DNA from: Psammoneis japonica
Taxonomy: Eukaryota
Length of the DNA: 64,000 bases
NCBI GenBank assembly: GCA_008632985.1
Contig: QPGO01000005.1
Coordinates: 1,137,607-1,201,606, forward strand
Direction of reading: 5' to 3'
The translations under genes were made by a program, and so were the position numbers. Each line of letters begins with the position of its first letter. The stretch's first letter is position 1. The notes beneath the pieces are model-generated. The model searched no databases, had not been told where the DNA came from, and saw nothing but the letters and a program-made list of their open reading frames with translations. This document shows positions 1 through 13,765 of the stretch, piece after piece.

Positions 1-3000
1 CTGGCAAGAACATGCACTCAGATTCCTCTGACAATGAGTGCAAATTTGTTGTCGGTGGTGACTCAATTGAGCACGGAGTCAGACTTCTCCAAAAATGAGT
101 CCTTGGCTTTCTGCATGGACAAATTGTCTTTGCATCCAGAGGCATTGTCCAACAATGATTGCGGGTCCGTGATGGTTTCCTTGCACAGGTCTGGAGCATT
201 GACCACACACACAGAGAATGTAAACAGGTCATGTCCTGTGTGTGGTTTGCAGAACACATGATCAAAAATGTCAGTGCAATGATTGAACTTGGACTCACAC
301 AGCTGGTGTTCCGTTCCATTCCATCCCAGGTCTTCTGTCCCGGTCTCTGAAGTCATGTGTTCATGCACAAGCAGGCGTTCTTCTGGCTTGATGTGCTTCA
401 ATTGTCCAGCTGCACTGGAGTTGAAGATGGGGTGCACCATGTCATTCAGACGGGGATGATCCTTGACAACTGCACATGCCAGCACCGCCAAACCTTGCAG
501 GACCAACATCAGATGAATTGCGCCAAAATCAGCTCCGCATTGTGACCAAACTTCACAGGCATCCTTGTGCCATTGTTCCATTGAGTGGGCACAAAAGCTT
601 TCATTGTTCACATTGTTGTCAATCCACAGCAGGAATGCATGGATCTTGTTGACCATGAGATCTGCTGGAGAATTGGCTGTGTCAATGCAGCTGGGGTTCA
701 AAAGCACCTCGGAGAACTTCTCATGCATCAAATTGGTGGGGCTGATCTGCCCTGCCTGGGATCACCAAACAACACATTGAACTCATTCTGCAGACATGTG
801 CAGAAGAGCACAAACAAGTCACTGCCTGCACAACAGAGGTTTGGGAAATGCTTGTCCCCAACACAGCAGAAGCGATGACATCCAGCAGGATGACTGACAA
901 GCATCACCAGGTGAATCACCCATTTTGGGTCAGGGCCAGACCTGCACATGATGTTCTTGAATCAGCAGAGAGCTGTTGCTGGAGCTGTGACAGATGAAAG
1001 TCTCTTGCCAAGAATGACAGGATTTTCAAATGGCCATGTGCACTGTGAGGATTCCTGTGCTTCGCCACCACCTGTCGTGATGTTGCCCCAAGGCCTGTTG
1101 TCATCCAGCAAGAAATTCTTGGTGCATCAGCAGTGAGGGAAACCTCTGGGTGTGAGTGACCATCATGTTGCAAGTCAAAGTCTTGCAGTTGGAAATCAAG
1201 CTGAGCACAATTGCAGTGCATCTGTGCAAGCATCGGCTTCATTTTGCACTTGTTGTCACAGTGCTGACCTGTGGCATTCTTGCCATTGCACATTGCCTTG
1301 AAGGACCACATCTCGCCAAATGCATCCACGACAAAGAAACAACCAGCGGATGTTTTCCCACATTGCAGCCAGGTGCAATTGTCACTGTCACAATGACCAT
1401 CGCAGAACTGACCTCGGGATGTGCACAAACCCTGCATGTTGCAGTCCTCCTGTTGGCAGCAGAGACAACCAATTGCGTCACCTGGCACTTTTGAGCACTC
1501 CTGGCAATGAATTGACTGGTTGAAGGGCAGTGGGTTTTTCAGTTTTTTTGCTCAATCTCATTTTTGCATGGATGAATGGAGCCAAGAATCAAGTCTGCAA
1601 CCATGACCTTTGTTTTGGACAATTTGTGTTGGTCGAAATTTTCATCAGACTTGAAAACATCCAGGGAAAAAGTTGACCCTGTGCTTGTCTCCAGACCAGC
1701 CTCAACGGCCACCAACTGTTGCGCTCAAGGTTGGACTCTCCCCTCAACGTGATGAAAAGCAGGAGAGTGGGAACACATGCACAAAGACAGCCAAAGTGAG
1801 CTTTGCACAGTGCATTTGCCTGTCTAGCAACAGACAGTTCATCCAAATGGTGATCAAGGTGAGGAGGGCATTCAACACAGGAGCCCATCTTGGGATTGCC
1901 CAAGGTTGTTTTGCAGGCAAACTTGTGCCAGTTTTGCCTCAAATTGTCTGCAAGGTAAAAGTCGCTGGCAGAGTGGGGCAGCACACGCTCCACATCTGTG
2001 GCATTGTTGAGGATGTGAAGGCATGAAATGTGTGCAACAGCTTCCTCTGAGGCAACAGAATGACACTGAGATGGGTCAAATTGTTGTTGGAGTGTGGGCT
2101 TGTCCAGCCTCAACAAGACATGTCATTGGGGTGTTTGGAGGGGAGGCCAGCAATGGCACATTTGCAGAAACACCCATGTTGCAGAGGGACCCTTTTGAGA
2201 GAGAACCTTGGGGGGGGGGGGGGGCATTTCAGGATCCATGGATTCCAACAAGAGGGGAGTGTTGGTGGTGAGGGTCTGGTGTGCCTCCCCACATGAGATG
2301 AAACATTGCCAGAAACCTTGGGAGGTGCCTGTTTCACACGTGAAACAGACTTGGTCTTCTTGCAGGGGGTGGTCAAAGAAGGCTCTGTTGGAGAGAAAGA
2401 ATGGAGAAGACAAGGCATCCTTTAGAAACAATGCACAACAGAGTTGCATGCAAGAGGAAGCACTTGCTGGGATCACACAAGCAGGTTCCATCTTTGCAGG
2501 CCCTTCTCATTTTGCACTTGGGTTTTGAATCACACACCCATTTTTTGTCATCCTCAAAACAGCCGGCCCTCTGGCCACGCACTCGGCAGCGCAGCATTGT
2601 GAGCTGTTTGGAGCACCTGGGGCATGTGTGCCGGGTTGCTTTTTTGGACAATGCTTCCTGAATTTGCACTGCAACATGGCATTGAATTTTGCTTTGCATG
2701 CCTCCTGGGCAGCAACAGCATTGCCTTCCATTGTTGCTGTGTCCTTGATGTCACAGAGTTTGTCTCCAAGAAAGCCCTTGACTTTTTCCTCCTCAGAACC
2801 AACTTCATTTGAATGGCACATGACAAGAAAGCTGTTGACAAAAATGCATCACTCCTTCAGGGCAGTGATGTCACAAAAGATCTGCGTGAACCAATGGCTC
2901 CTGTCCTTCAGCTTGCACTGGACATGATGCATGACTGTTTTGACAACAAAGAAGCGCACAGTGTGGAGGTCTTGTGCTTGGTCATCAACCAGCTTTTCAA

Positions 3001-6000
3001 GAATTTTGTGCTGTAAAAAACAGAAGCAAGGCTTGCCTGAGACAGGATTGTTGAGGTCCTCACTGGCAATTGCCTGGTGCACGTGCTCCACCATTGCCTT
3101 CATGTTGCGGTGAAGGTCACAAAACATTGCCCTTCTTCTTTTTCTGTCTCTCCAGAGGCAGGGTGTAGAAACAAAGAGCACCCTCCAAATTTTGATGCTG
3201 CAGGACGCACTCACCTTTGTTCTGGCAGGATTTTTCATCACCCAACCAGGAGTCACAATGCAGGACCAAACACTGGGACATCCGAGAGTTTTTCTTGCAG
3301 CACTGTTTGTGCGGATGACTTTGGCGACACAGGGAATGCTGTGAAGCTTGAGCTTCTGGCAAAGGAAGGGAAGTGCAAGGATTTCTGGAGAGGGTGACCA
3401 ACTCATTCTCTCCACAAGCTGCTTTTTGGATGCACATGTGGCAACTGTGCTCTTGAGCTTGGGCCCAAAAAGCTCCATTCCAAAACTGCAAGTGAAACAT
3501 TCCATGTTGTCAAAATTGACATCAGGAAAGACAAACGAGGGATCGGGGTCAACCTCATCTGTTGATGGGGCAAAGTCATTGACCACCATGGCTGGCAAGT
3601 TGATGGTTCACATGGAAAGCATGTGAATCACAACAGCCCATGCTCTGTCAAATTGATTTTGGGGAGAGGGTGCACTGTCATGAAATGTGCAGAAAATGGC
3701 TCATGCAGAAAAGGCACTGGGAATGTGGTGGAGAATTGTGCACAAGAGAATTCCAGGAAAAAGTGAGATGCAAAGAAGAAGTGTGCACGTGGAGATGACC
3801 GGGCACAGACACGACACCAGGACACATGGCAAATGCACAAATGGGGCAAATGAAAGTAAAAACTGAGTTGAAATGCAAAGCATCAAAAGCAAAGATGATG
3901 GTTGTTGCAACTGAAAACTGTCAAACCACAAAACATTTGGAAATGCAAGGTGCTTTGGGGTGCACGTTGCGTGCAAATGGATGACAAAATTCACCATGAA
4001 ACACACAAATGTCTTGCATTGTGCATTGACCATTCAGGTTTGAACATCACATTTGAGGCATTTGCACAACAAGCTGATGGATGGCAAGATGATTGGACTT
4101 TCTGAATTTTTTGTGCTGGAAACTTTGTGCGCGCTGCACGCATCATCGCTGAAAATTGGCGACATGACGGTGGTGTGTTGTCACAACAACAGTGATGACA
4201 GCAGCGTGTCCCAGAGTTTTTTTGTCATTGTGGACATTTGGTTTGTTGAGTTTAAGAATGCACTCAGTCATGAAAGTCCCCGAGAGCAATCTCCGTTTGC
4301 CAATGCCAAGCTCTGTTTTCCAACCTGTCGCTGTTGTGCATTCATTGTGGAACAATTGAGACTTCATCAGGGGGACTTTCTTTGCACATTCTTCATGTTC
4401 TAAACAGCGCAGTTGATCATTGGGACAAGTGCCCATTGCAAAGTCGTCCTGTGTGAGCTTGAGAAAAATGTCATCATCATCATCGGCATCGATGGCAATT
4501 CGTCGCACAAATTGCAAAAAATGCGCGATTGTCATCTGTCTGACATTGCGCCACTGTGTGCTCGTTGTGTGCATGCCTCAAAAGAACAAGAAAAACAAAG
4601 TTCAATGGCAAATTGTGTGTCAACAAAAGCAACAGCCACCATGTTGCGGCCTCTGATGCTGGTCCCATCCACATGGGGCCCTGTGGCAGAAATTTTTGTG
4701 CAGCAATGAACAACACACGCAATCTGCACAAAAATGTCTGCTGGTGCACAGAGGGACATCACAAACAAGTGGTCATTTTTAACCAAATGTCTTTTTGTGC
4801 ACTCGTCTGCCATCCAAAAATCTTTGTGCTTTTTGCGTGAGAAAAAAAACATTGACCATGACAAGAACATCATTTGGGTCTGCGTTGACATCAAAAATTG
4901 AAAAGGAGTCTCATCTGGAGAGCCCTTTCACACCACATTGGGAGCATGTGGCATGAGGATTCCTGCTTGACATCTTTCCTTTTGAGGTGCTTTTTGTTTT
5001 TCACATTGCTGCTTCTCGCGCATTTTTGCTGTTGTTGCCTCCCCATCCACCAGAGTCCAGCAAAGGTTTCAAAGGTTGCTGCAGCCAAAGCACATGCCAG
5101 AGCACTTGCACTCATTGATCGGCACGATGAAAGTGGCAGCATGGATGGATTTGCTTTCTTGGGTGGAATCATGTGAGCAGAGGCAAGCACAGATCCACCT
5201 TTGAACAGTTTGCCAGCCCCACGTGACAACAAAAATTGACTCGGACTGCAACAAAATTTGTCATGCATTGTTGTCAATTCATCCATTTCTTGCCATGAGT
5301 GGTCAACAACAATGACAATGGGTGGCTGGAATTGATGACAAAGTTTTTCAAGGGCTGGAGATTTTTGATGCACCTGGCTCACCCAACCAAACAAACACAA
5401 GAAGCTCTCACAGCAATGTTGTGGCCATCAGCACTCCACTGTTGATGCAAAACATGCCTGAGCCAGTCTTCGGGTGCTCTCAATCTTGTTCATCTGAGCC
5501 ACTGCATCGCCCCAGCACTCGCTCTTGTGCGCTGCTTTGACTGCATCAAATTGGGCCAGGGCTTGTCACAGAGCTGAGCACAACCTGCTGCAAGGCCAAC
5601 TCTGCAACTGATGCTTGGTCATTCAGACAGAAATGCCACCCATGTGTCAAGAGACTGTGCTTTGGAGTGTGTCTGACTGGGATGACAGATGTCTCTGTCT
5701 GAGCATGTGCCGATCCCGCCACTGCACCGACAGCTGAGTCTGATCAACTTTTGCACAAAAATCCTTTGAAGTGTCAAAGGAACAATTTTGAACTTGAAAA
5801 TGACAGTCTCTCTTGGAACAACAGTGGCTGATGTGATGCAACTGGCCCTCAAATGACTCGTGCCTCAGACGCATCAAAAATGAGCAGAAATGCTCCCTTT
5901 GGCCTGCAGAGCTCTTCTTGTTGTTTTTGTTCTTCTTTTTGCAACAAGAGGCTTGGAGTGTTCACCCCAACAACAAAAAAGTTGAAAACAATGGATTTTG

Positions 6001-7490
6001 TGAGCAAAACAACAAAAGAAAACATTGCAAAGCCTCCATCAAGTGCTCATCTCACAATGCACACACCGGCACCCGTCTCATGATTGGAAGCATCAAAATG
6101 ATGCTCCCACCCAAATGTTGCAATGCTTCTCTTCACAACAATTTCAAAACATCATTGAGTCCAAACACATCAAAGCATGGAAATTTGGTCAACTGGAGCT
6201 GCTCAGGTTTGCAAGCCAAAAACAAGATGTTTTGAGCTGGTTTCATCCAAAAAAGTCACATGTTGCAGTGGAGGAAAGAACGTGTGACAGTGCCACAATG
6301 GACTGCTGAGAACAAGCTTGTGTGTTGCCACCCCAGAATTGTTGTGTTTCGCCATGGCTGCATGCACAAAACTCCTTTGGCTCATCACACAACAATTTTG
6401 GAAAGCAGCAACGTCACATGACTTGTTGTTGTTTTGTGCACTGCTCTTGCACAAAGGTGTGCATGACATCAACATGCCAGGCCTGCAGCTGCAGCACCCC
6501 TTGTTTCCTTGTTCCATGCAGTGCAACCATCTCTTTGACCTTGGGCCAACAGCACTTTTTGAGAAATCTGAAACCTTCTCAGTCTTTGCTGCTTGTGCTC
6601 ATCATGGGCTGAGAGAAGTCATTTTGCACCCTCTGGCGGTGCCAGGCGTGCTGCTGAAAAAAGACAAAATGGCTGCATCCAGTGTGCTTCTGCAGTGTGC
6701 ACAGACAATGACAACAACTGCAAACAAAATGAGTGCTGAACATGCCTGTCACATTGGCACACCAAAGATCATGTCATGCAAGCCACATTGTGGCCCAAAA
6801 AGCAAACTTCAACAAAGTGTTGCAGACAGACCACCACATCTCACCACAGCTTGGCATCAAGGGTGTGGTGGGTCAAAGTCACACACAAGCTCAAAGTTGT
6901 GCACTTGGCTCTTGCCCTTGCCCCCCTTTCATCCCAGATTGGCAAAACAAAATGACTTTGTTGTGTGTGTTGCAAAATGACCTGTCAAGCGCCAAGCAGC
7001 GCTGGTGTTGTGGGTTGTCACGGTGCCTGCAGCAACCAAAAATGCTTTCTTCTTGAGGTTTGGGCATGTGCAGAGCTGCAGCTGGAGAGCTGCAGAAAAG
7101 CCAGCATCAGAACAAGAGTCCAGTCAAAAGACTGTGTTTGCTGAAAGTGACAAACCCCGCAGAGGAGAGAAAGCTGGGCAGTGCACTGCCTTTCATGCGC
7201 GAAGCGCCCTGCCCTGTTGTGCCTGGGTGAGAAAAGACCAGCATTGTGGTGGCACACACACTTGCTGTTTGATGTGAGGGTTGGAAGCAATGTGGGCCAC
7301 AGATGCTGCAATTTGGCTGCTGCTGTGAGATGCAAACATTTTGACCACGCGGCTGAGCACAATCTTCGTGGCGCTGCTGACGAGCAATGAGACAATGCAC
7401 ACTGCTGTTTTGATGCTGTCATGCCAAGTGTGAAAGTGTGTGCACCAACCAAAAAGCTGCAGCCATTTGGGGCTTGTCTGCCAATGTCAA
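1..7490. other. TpA-depleted domain of decayed, unidentified repeat or gene-like DNA
   Basis: TpA is very rare and TG/CA abundant; ORFs in all frames are Cys/His-rich, nearly Tyr-free and end almost always in TGA. No family recognised. Confidence 0.8.
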
Positions 7491-8304
7491 TGGAAAGGAA
7501 GCAAAGTTTGAAGCTCGGTGGGCCAATCGTAAGAGTCGCTTGGCCAACTGTGACGGTTTCAAGTACTTTCACTTGATGCGACGAGTCGACCTTCAAGAGG
7601 ATGGAACGTGCACATATCAGGGAGACAAAGACGACGGATTTGGAAACTATGTCTCTTTTACTATTTGGGATACCAAGGCAAACTTTGGCAAATGGCGCAA
7701 AGGTGAAGCGTTCAAAGAAGCGCATGGAGGAACTTCGATTGGAGCTTTTGTGTCTACCATGTTGAACAGTATTCGAGTTCTAAGGACTGCCCCGAAACCT
7801 GCCTTTTATAATGGTCTCCTCGTACAGAGTATGGCGCCCGAAACCGTCCCTACACTACAGGACGGATGGAGGGTTTCGGAGAATGCCGATGGTACTGAAA
7901 CACTGCCAACCGAGTGCTTTGTCGCCTGCAATCAATTCTTTGTTCCTCCTCAGAACGCACAAGCTTTTGAGGAGCGTTGGGCTAATCGCGAATCCAAACT
8001 CAAGGAATTTGATGGATTTATAGCATTCATGATGAATCGCCGAGATGCATCCATGAAAGGTCACGGATCAGGCAGTGTACAGGACACGGAGCCAACCTAT
8101 CTGAGCACCACCATTTGGAGAGACCGCGCATCGTTTGATAAATGGCGCGAGTCGCAAGCTTTTACACAGGCCCATGGGGACTCAAATAAGAAACCCGACA
8201 GTAGCAACGAGAAGAAGTCGCCCCAAGGCCCACTCTGGAGTCGCCCTCCGGAGCCTGTCTTTTATGAAGGTACTCTTGTTATTACTACCGAGGAAGGAGC
8301 TTAG
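7490..8304 (+). CDS. Tandem ABM (antibiotic biosynthesis monooxygenase / IsdG-like) domain protein, 5' end missing
   Basis: Two related units: EAKFEARWANRKSRLANCDGFKYFHLMRR...YVSFTIWDTKANFGKWRKGEAFKEAHG and FVACNQFFV...AFEERWANRESKLKEFDGFIAFMMNRR...YLSTTIWRDRASFDKWRESQAFTQAHG. No in-frame ATG precedes the first domain (the track starts at GTG), and its first N-x-F strand is absent. Confidence 0.8.
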
Positions 8305-8590
8305 AGCGCCGCTCTCGCATAAGCATTCAGTGATTAGTCTAGAAGCGCTAACTAGTACTGAAACTGCGGTGTAGACGTTATCTAGCAAAGCATAATAACC
8401 ATAGGTATCTCCATAATTCCAGATGCGGGTTTGTCTGTCCCGCACGAATTTTAGAGTGTCATGGGCTCTAGAGAAGCTCCAACTGATAAGATGTACCTAC
8501 GTTGAAAGAAAGGATACCATATGCCATTGATTGTGTAATAGCCCTGGCATTCTGACAGCGGAGAGAACTTTTAGAAAAGAACACCGGCTG

Positions 8591-9805
8591 TTACCATTCT
8601 CCGTAGTTCACTTTGCCGTATTTTTCTTCATGTATGTTAATCATACGTGTGCAATTGGAGCACCTGGGATCTACCACATTTTTCCGAAGCTCGTTGATTA
8701 ATCGACTCCAATTGCTTCCCGACGCCAAGACATATCGGTTAGCTTCTAATGCAATCAAGAGCGCCGCAATCGATTCCAGTCCAGCTGCACCCTTGGTAAA
8801 CCGAGCAGTCTTGATCATTGTTTTTGTAGTATTACCAATCTTTGGACCAGACACATAAATCTTCCAATGATTTGGAGCCTTGTCGCGAAACTCTGCAAGT
8901 GCCGTTGGGTCCTCTGTGGCCAGGTAGATGTGTACGGTTCTTCTGCCATTGAGTTCATCCGGCGTGAGCAACTTCAGAGTGTACTTTATGTAATCTTCCA
9001 CAGGCAACAGCGGATCCTCAATCACCTTGTCACCCCATCGAATGTGAACAGTAACTAAATCCTGGAAGGTTGGTTTGTTATTTCCAAACATGGTTTGCAT
9101 TTGGCGTTCTGCCTCATCCATAACTATTGTGGATACGTTTTGAAAGAGCCATTCCATTGACGCTGCTCGAACTTCAGAAACCGTGTATTCCTTTTGTAGC
9201 TCGTCACATTTCTCACGTGGTCCTAACTCCATGTAGTCAGACCTTGCGTTTGTGTATTGAACACTACCCACCGGACAGTTTCGAGCAGCAGAGACGTGCG
9301 ATCCAAAGTAGCAAGCAAGTGGTTCGGAAGAATCGGCGGAGCAGCGACTTTGATCATTCCAGTCCCAAGTTTGTTCCGTCACAAGAATCTTGTCGTGATC
9401 CACGGCATGACATAGGCTCTGCGACCAAATGTGTAGTGACGATCCGAGACCCGACTCTTCCATTTCAGTGACGAATGTTTGTTGGGGAGCTGTCCCATTT
9501 CGAAACTGGTGGCATTTTGATTGGGAAAGGTGTATTCTCTTTCCCAGAGGACTCAGTGGAGGCAGGTTTGTCCAATCGAGACGGAGAGATGAACCCTCAT
9601 TTCTATGGAGAGGCTGACGAGATTCTGATACTGTTGTATAAAGGAGAGAGTCTCTGCTTGCCGGGTATCGTATGCTGCTCGTCACAGCCACGTTGATGAT
9701 GAAAATAGCAAGAATCGTGACGAGAAGAGCCACGAAATAAAGAGTAGTTTGTCCGTGGCGCCGAGAGTAGCGCCTCTTATTAACTACGCCTTGCCTGCCG
9801 TTCAT
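8591..9805 (-). CDS. Type II membrane glycosyltransferase, alpha-1,6-fucosyltransferase (GT23/FUT8/NodZ)-like
   Basis: 404-aa ORF with basic N-tail and TM helix (LYFVALLVTILAIFIINVAV); motifs GLGSSLH, VHIRWGDK, IYLATED, SNWSRLINELR. Confidence 0.8.
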   Translation of the reverse strand: MNGRQGVVNKRRYSRRHGQTTLYFVALLVTILAIFIINVAVTSSIRYPASRDSLLYTTVSESRQPLHRNEGSSLRLDWTNLPPLSPLGKRIHLSQSKCHQFRNGTAPQQTFVTEMEESGLGSSLHIWSQSLCHAVDHDKILVTEQTWDWNDQSRCSADSSEPLACYFGSHVSAARNCPVGSVQYTNARSDYMELGPREKCDELQKEYTVSEVRAASMEWLFQNVSTIVMDEAERQMQTMFGNNKPTFQDLVTVHIRWGDKVIEDPLLPVEDYIKYTLKLLTPDELNGRRTVHIYLATEDPTALAEFRDKAPNHWKIYVSGPKIGNTTKTMIKTARFTKGAAGLESIAALLIALEANRYVLASGSNWSRLINELRKNVVDPRCSNCTRMINIHEEKYGKVNYGEW

Positions 9806-11380
9806 TAAGAAAGCAATACCACCGCTATGCTACAATAGATTGGAGTGATGCGACTCCTCATCGATCGCCGATCATCCTTCATTTTTACGTTTTTGTGTGC
9901 TGGATTTCCCGCGTAAAAATTCAGTGTTCGTTGACCGTTACACAACAGTTACGATTGATTTTCTCATATTATTATATTTTCTTCAAAGCGCACATGCACA
10001 TCGCGCAATCGCAGCGACATTGCTTGGGCACTTGGGCATCGACTACCGGTAGGAACCTACATGATGCGATCGGGGATCGATCGCAAGACCCCTAAAACGC
10101 GATGCGCCGTCGATAGTCTACTACTCCAGTGTATTAACGACAAGTCTATAGGCGTTTCGATACGTCCTTACAAGGGCTGTATACAGTTCGTTTCCTTTCA
10201 CCATCTTTGTATTGTCATTTTCTGGTGTTGTGTTCGAGACTCCCTCTACTCTAGAGTAGAGAGTCGTACAGAGGATCTTTTTCTGCTGTAACCATCTTGC
10301 ACATGATATCTAACTTTACATGCCAGTTGAATACCGCAATACCGTGCTGTTCATTCCGTGGAGATATCAATACCGTCAGGAACCTCAGCAAAAAATCAAC
10401 TAACAGAGTGGATCCTATCGAGCGCCTGCACCCTGCACATGTTATTGAATAACTTGGAACGGGCATTCGTAAGCGGAAGAAAGGGAGACAGAAACGACTG
10501 CATGAGCCATTAATGGCGACATATGATGTGTCTCTACCCCTATCTTTTACTGCAAGAGTGAAACAAAATAAATGGTAAGATTATAAAGTTATCGGTTAAC
10601 AGGTGTCTCCATATTATTTCATGAGCTGTAAGGCTCACACTCTTTGCCTTCCTAAGACAACAAGAACGATCATATAAAGTATCGAGTGACAGTCAAGACG
10701 GTAAAGGTGCTTTCTGCAGTGTAGCGGGGTCCACCATAAATCGCTTTGCGATTACCACCGCTGGACTGCCATAGAAGTGGCAAGGCGATAATGTAGGTGT
10801 TCTTCTTGCTTTTTGTTGATACTACTTTTTACAAAAACGAATTTTTGCCATTGGTTGACGCATATGCCATGGAATAAAGAAAGCGGATGCGCACTTTTGG
10901 GCCAACCTTGAATTCGAGTACTTGTCGTTGCACCAAAAGGAGCCGAAACAACTCGCTCTTCCTTCTATTCAAATTGTATTAACCAAATGCGATTTATTCT
11001 CGCAAGAGCAACTTGCAGCAAGAATGGTGTCTTTGTAGGAACAATTGTTGGACTGCCTCCAACTTGAGCTAAAGGGAATGCTGCCTGTCACATCGACAAG
11101 CTCAAGAGACGCTGGATTCACGAGCGGTTGCAAAAGTAGTGGCAGAACGAAAAGCAAGTCTCCTTCGTTTGGTGGTGGATGTATCGTGGAACTTCAAAGA
11201 CAACGTGCTTCCCTTTCTCCGCCAACGAAATGAGCAGTGAATGCTGTTGCGGTTACGGGTAGTAGAAAGAACGATTGACCGACCCACCCAGTTGAGACTG
11301 CAGTCATAACAGCACGCTTCCTTCTTGTTGCTTTAACCTTTTCGATCAATGCATTCTTCAAACGACTGTAAGATCTAGCA

Positions 11381-12310
11381 ATGATGAACGAACCAAGAAA
11401 GAAGGACAACCAGGACAAGGAGGCTTCACAAAACGCAACTCATATATTTGGATCGGTTAGTGGGAACCAGAGACAGTCGTACACTGCTTTGTCGTTTGGA
11501 AAGAGCCCATTGACGACGGCTGCCCCTTCACCCTTTGCTATTGTTGATCGAGATGACGGTAAAAATTCAATCCCATCTTTTGGAGCGACTTCTCAGAAAG
11601 CGAAAGAAGAAACAGTAGGAGACGATGACTCCAATCGATCGTTTGGACTTCTTATTCGGAAAGAGCACGTTGTCGACCAGTCCTTTACCTTTGGCTACCG
11701 GTAGTGTGGACCATGCTAGCTCTTCCTTCAGCATGCAGACGACCAGCGTCTGAGTAAGATACAGTGAAACCGATAGAAGGAGATAGTGCTGAGACCACCT
11801 AGAACCGCAGTCAATTGATTGAGTTTTATGAAAAGCACAATCTGTCCAAGCTCGATTAGGTTGATTCTACTCTGGTGTCATACAAGGGACGAGAAGAATT
11901 GCTTTTCAGAGACAAGTATGATCCCAAATATCCACCCAGTGCCGCAGTCGATGGATTGAGTTTTATGAAAAGCACAATCCGTCTAAGCTTGATAAGGCTG
12001 ATTCTACTCTGGTGTCATACAGGGGACGAGAAGAATTGCTTCTCAAAGCTAAGAGACACAAATGATCCCATATATCCTCCTCCTTAGTAGGGAGAGGGCA
12101 TCGTCTGTTTGATGAAGATTTGAATTGACGCGGACGGAGAAGAGACAATGTGCGTTCAGCTCTTTGAAGACAAGGTACCCATGGCATGTGAGAACTTCAG
12201 GAAACTTTGCACTGGCGACTGCGGCATTGGACACAAAGGCAAGCCTCTATTTTCAAGAATAGCACCTTTCACCGTATTGTTCCAACTTTTTGCATACAAG
12301 ATGGCGACTC
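11381..12310 (+). pseudogene. Cyclophilin-type PPIase pseudogene with FG-like N-terminal region and two EFYEKHNxSKL...YxGREE repeats
   Basis: VQLFEDKVPMACENFRKLCTG...GKPL, a frameshift near 12250, then FKNSTFHRIVPTFCIQDGD. Upstream repeats carry stops and frameshifts. Confidence 0.75.
11806..12080 (+). repeat. ~137-bp tandem duplication (coding repeat)
   Basis: gattgagttttatgaaaagcacaat...gaagaattgctt occurs near 11817 and near 11954. Confidence 0.9.
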
Positions 12311-12469
12311 TTCCTCAGAACCTGAAGGCGACATGAACGAAACCGAATCGTTAGTCTCCAAGCAATTGGGCGCCGGTTTGCAGCCAAGAGAACCCATTGG
12401 AAGTACCTCTGTACTCGATTTAGAAGATGCGAGCAACGTCTTCCGGCCGAGCATTTGTGAGACAGGGTT

Positions 12470-13150
12470 GCCTGAAGTGATGCACATTCCGTCGTCGTCG
12501 AAGCTATCGGATACACAGCACGCCGTCGCCAGTGACAGTGACGTCGTGGAGTCACTAGAGGTGACTGTCTCTTGCATCCCCCATTACGGTCGATGGACCA
12601 AGAACAATTGAAGGAAGATTTGACCCCGGCGACCGAGACCGCTGAAAGTGACGTGGATCCCCTCAAACCGTTGTGGTCTCTCAGATCAGCGGCAGAATCA
12701 ACAGCAACAAAGCCAGTTACTTACATTTCGCAGATAAGCAAACAGGAAAGAAACAACGAAAAGGCAATCGAGCGCCTAGGTGTCGACATTCATGTTGATG
12801 CCAAGACAATAAGAGGTGGTCCCGTGTCGCCTTCGAACTCGTTTGCTCGCACGGGCTTCGACGACATGGACAAAGACGAGAAAGGAGAAATCGAGTGCAC
12901 CCAGTCGGCCACTTGGAAAAGTCGACAGAGCGTCGGCAGTGTAGAATCGAGTGGAAGCTTCCTTTCAATGTCGTCCGAAATTTTAACCAGGGAAACACAT
13001 CTGCCTGAAGTGAAGCTCATCCCGTCCCCAGAAGTCATCGGATACACATGATGCCGCCGCCAGTGACAATGACGTCGTAGAGTCACATAAACCGCCTCTT
13101 GCATTCTCCAAAACGATCCATGGACCAAGAAGAACCGAAGGAGGATTTAC
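12470..13150 (+). repeat. Diverged ~150-bp direct repeat pair (about 12470-12625 and 13003-13150)
   Basis: Both copies share cctgaagtga...tcggatacaca...gccagtgaca.tgacgtcgt.gagtcac...atggaccaagaa. Confidence 0.8.
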
Positions 13151-13765
13151 CGCAAAGCGACGATTCCTCCTCCCATAGCAAGGACGAATCGTGTGTTTTG
13201 CAAGTCGCTGACACCTCAAGTTCTTAAACGACCCGCGTAAGGACAGCCCTGGAGCCCGAATGCCGCACTTAGTAAGCCAGAGCACGAGACAGCGGACAGC
13301 GCGAAGACATGGAATAACATTATTCTTGCTGGCGGAAAGAGCTATTGGCGTGTGACTCATGCTACGTAAAATAGAAGGAAAACAAAACGCGTTGCTTTAC
13401 GTGTAGAAAGGGAAGAGATGGAATCGAGGACGCCAAAGTCGAGCAGGGAGCAAACGGTTCGTTCTTCGCCACCAGCTTTGTTCCAAAAACGGACAAAGTG
13501 GGTTTACTTGGCAGAACGGTGCTTTGTCGTCCGACTCCAAAATCGTATTCGGAGAATTGACGATTTCTTCCGTCAAAGACGACGGATCTGGGAATGCCCA
13601 AAGCGCTGATGACAGTTCTGCTAAGAGTAATTTGATTATTTCCCATTTTGCGAATACTGCGTACGTCGGTTCGCTTAACTGTCAATCGTTTGTATGTGGA
13701 TTGTTCGTGCCACTTCCGGATCCAGCTACACGTTTTCCGTGTGTCATACGACTATATCGAGCAAC

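Noticed and set aside
2210..2224. G15 homopolymer
   Set aside because: Isolated run with no supporting structure.
9895..11380. Short ORFs of 60-76 aa
   Set aside because: No motifs or splice support; treated as intergenic.
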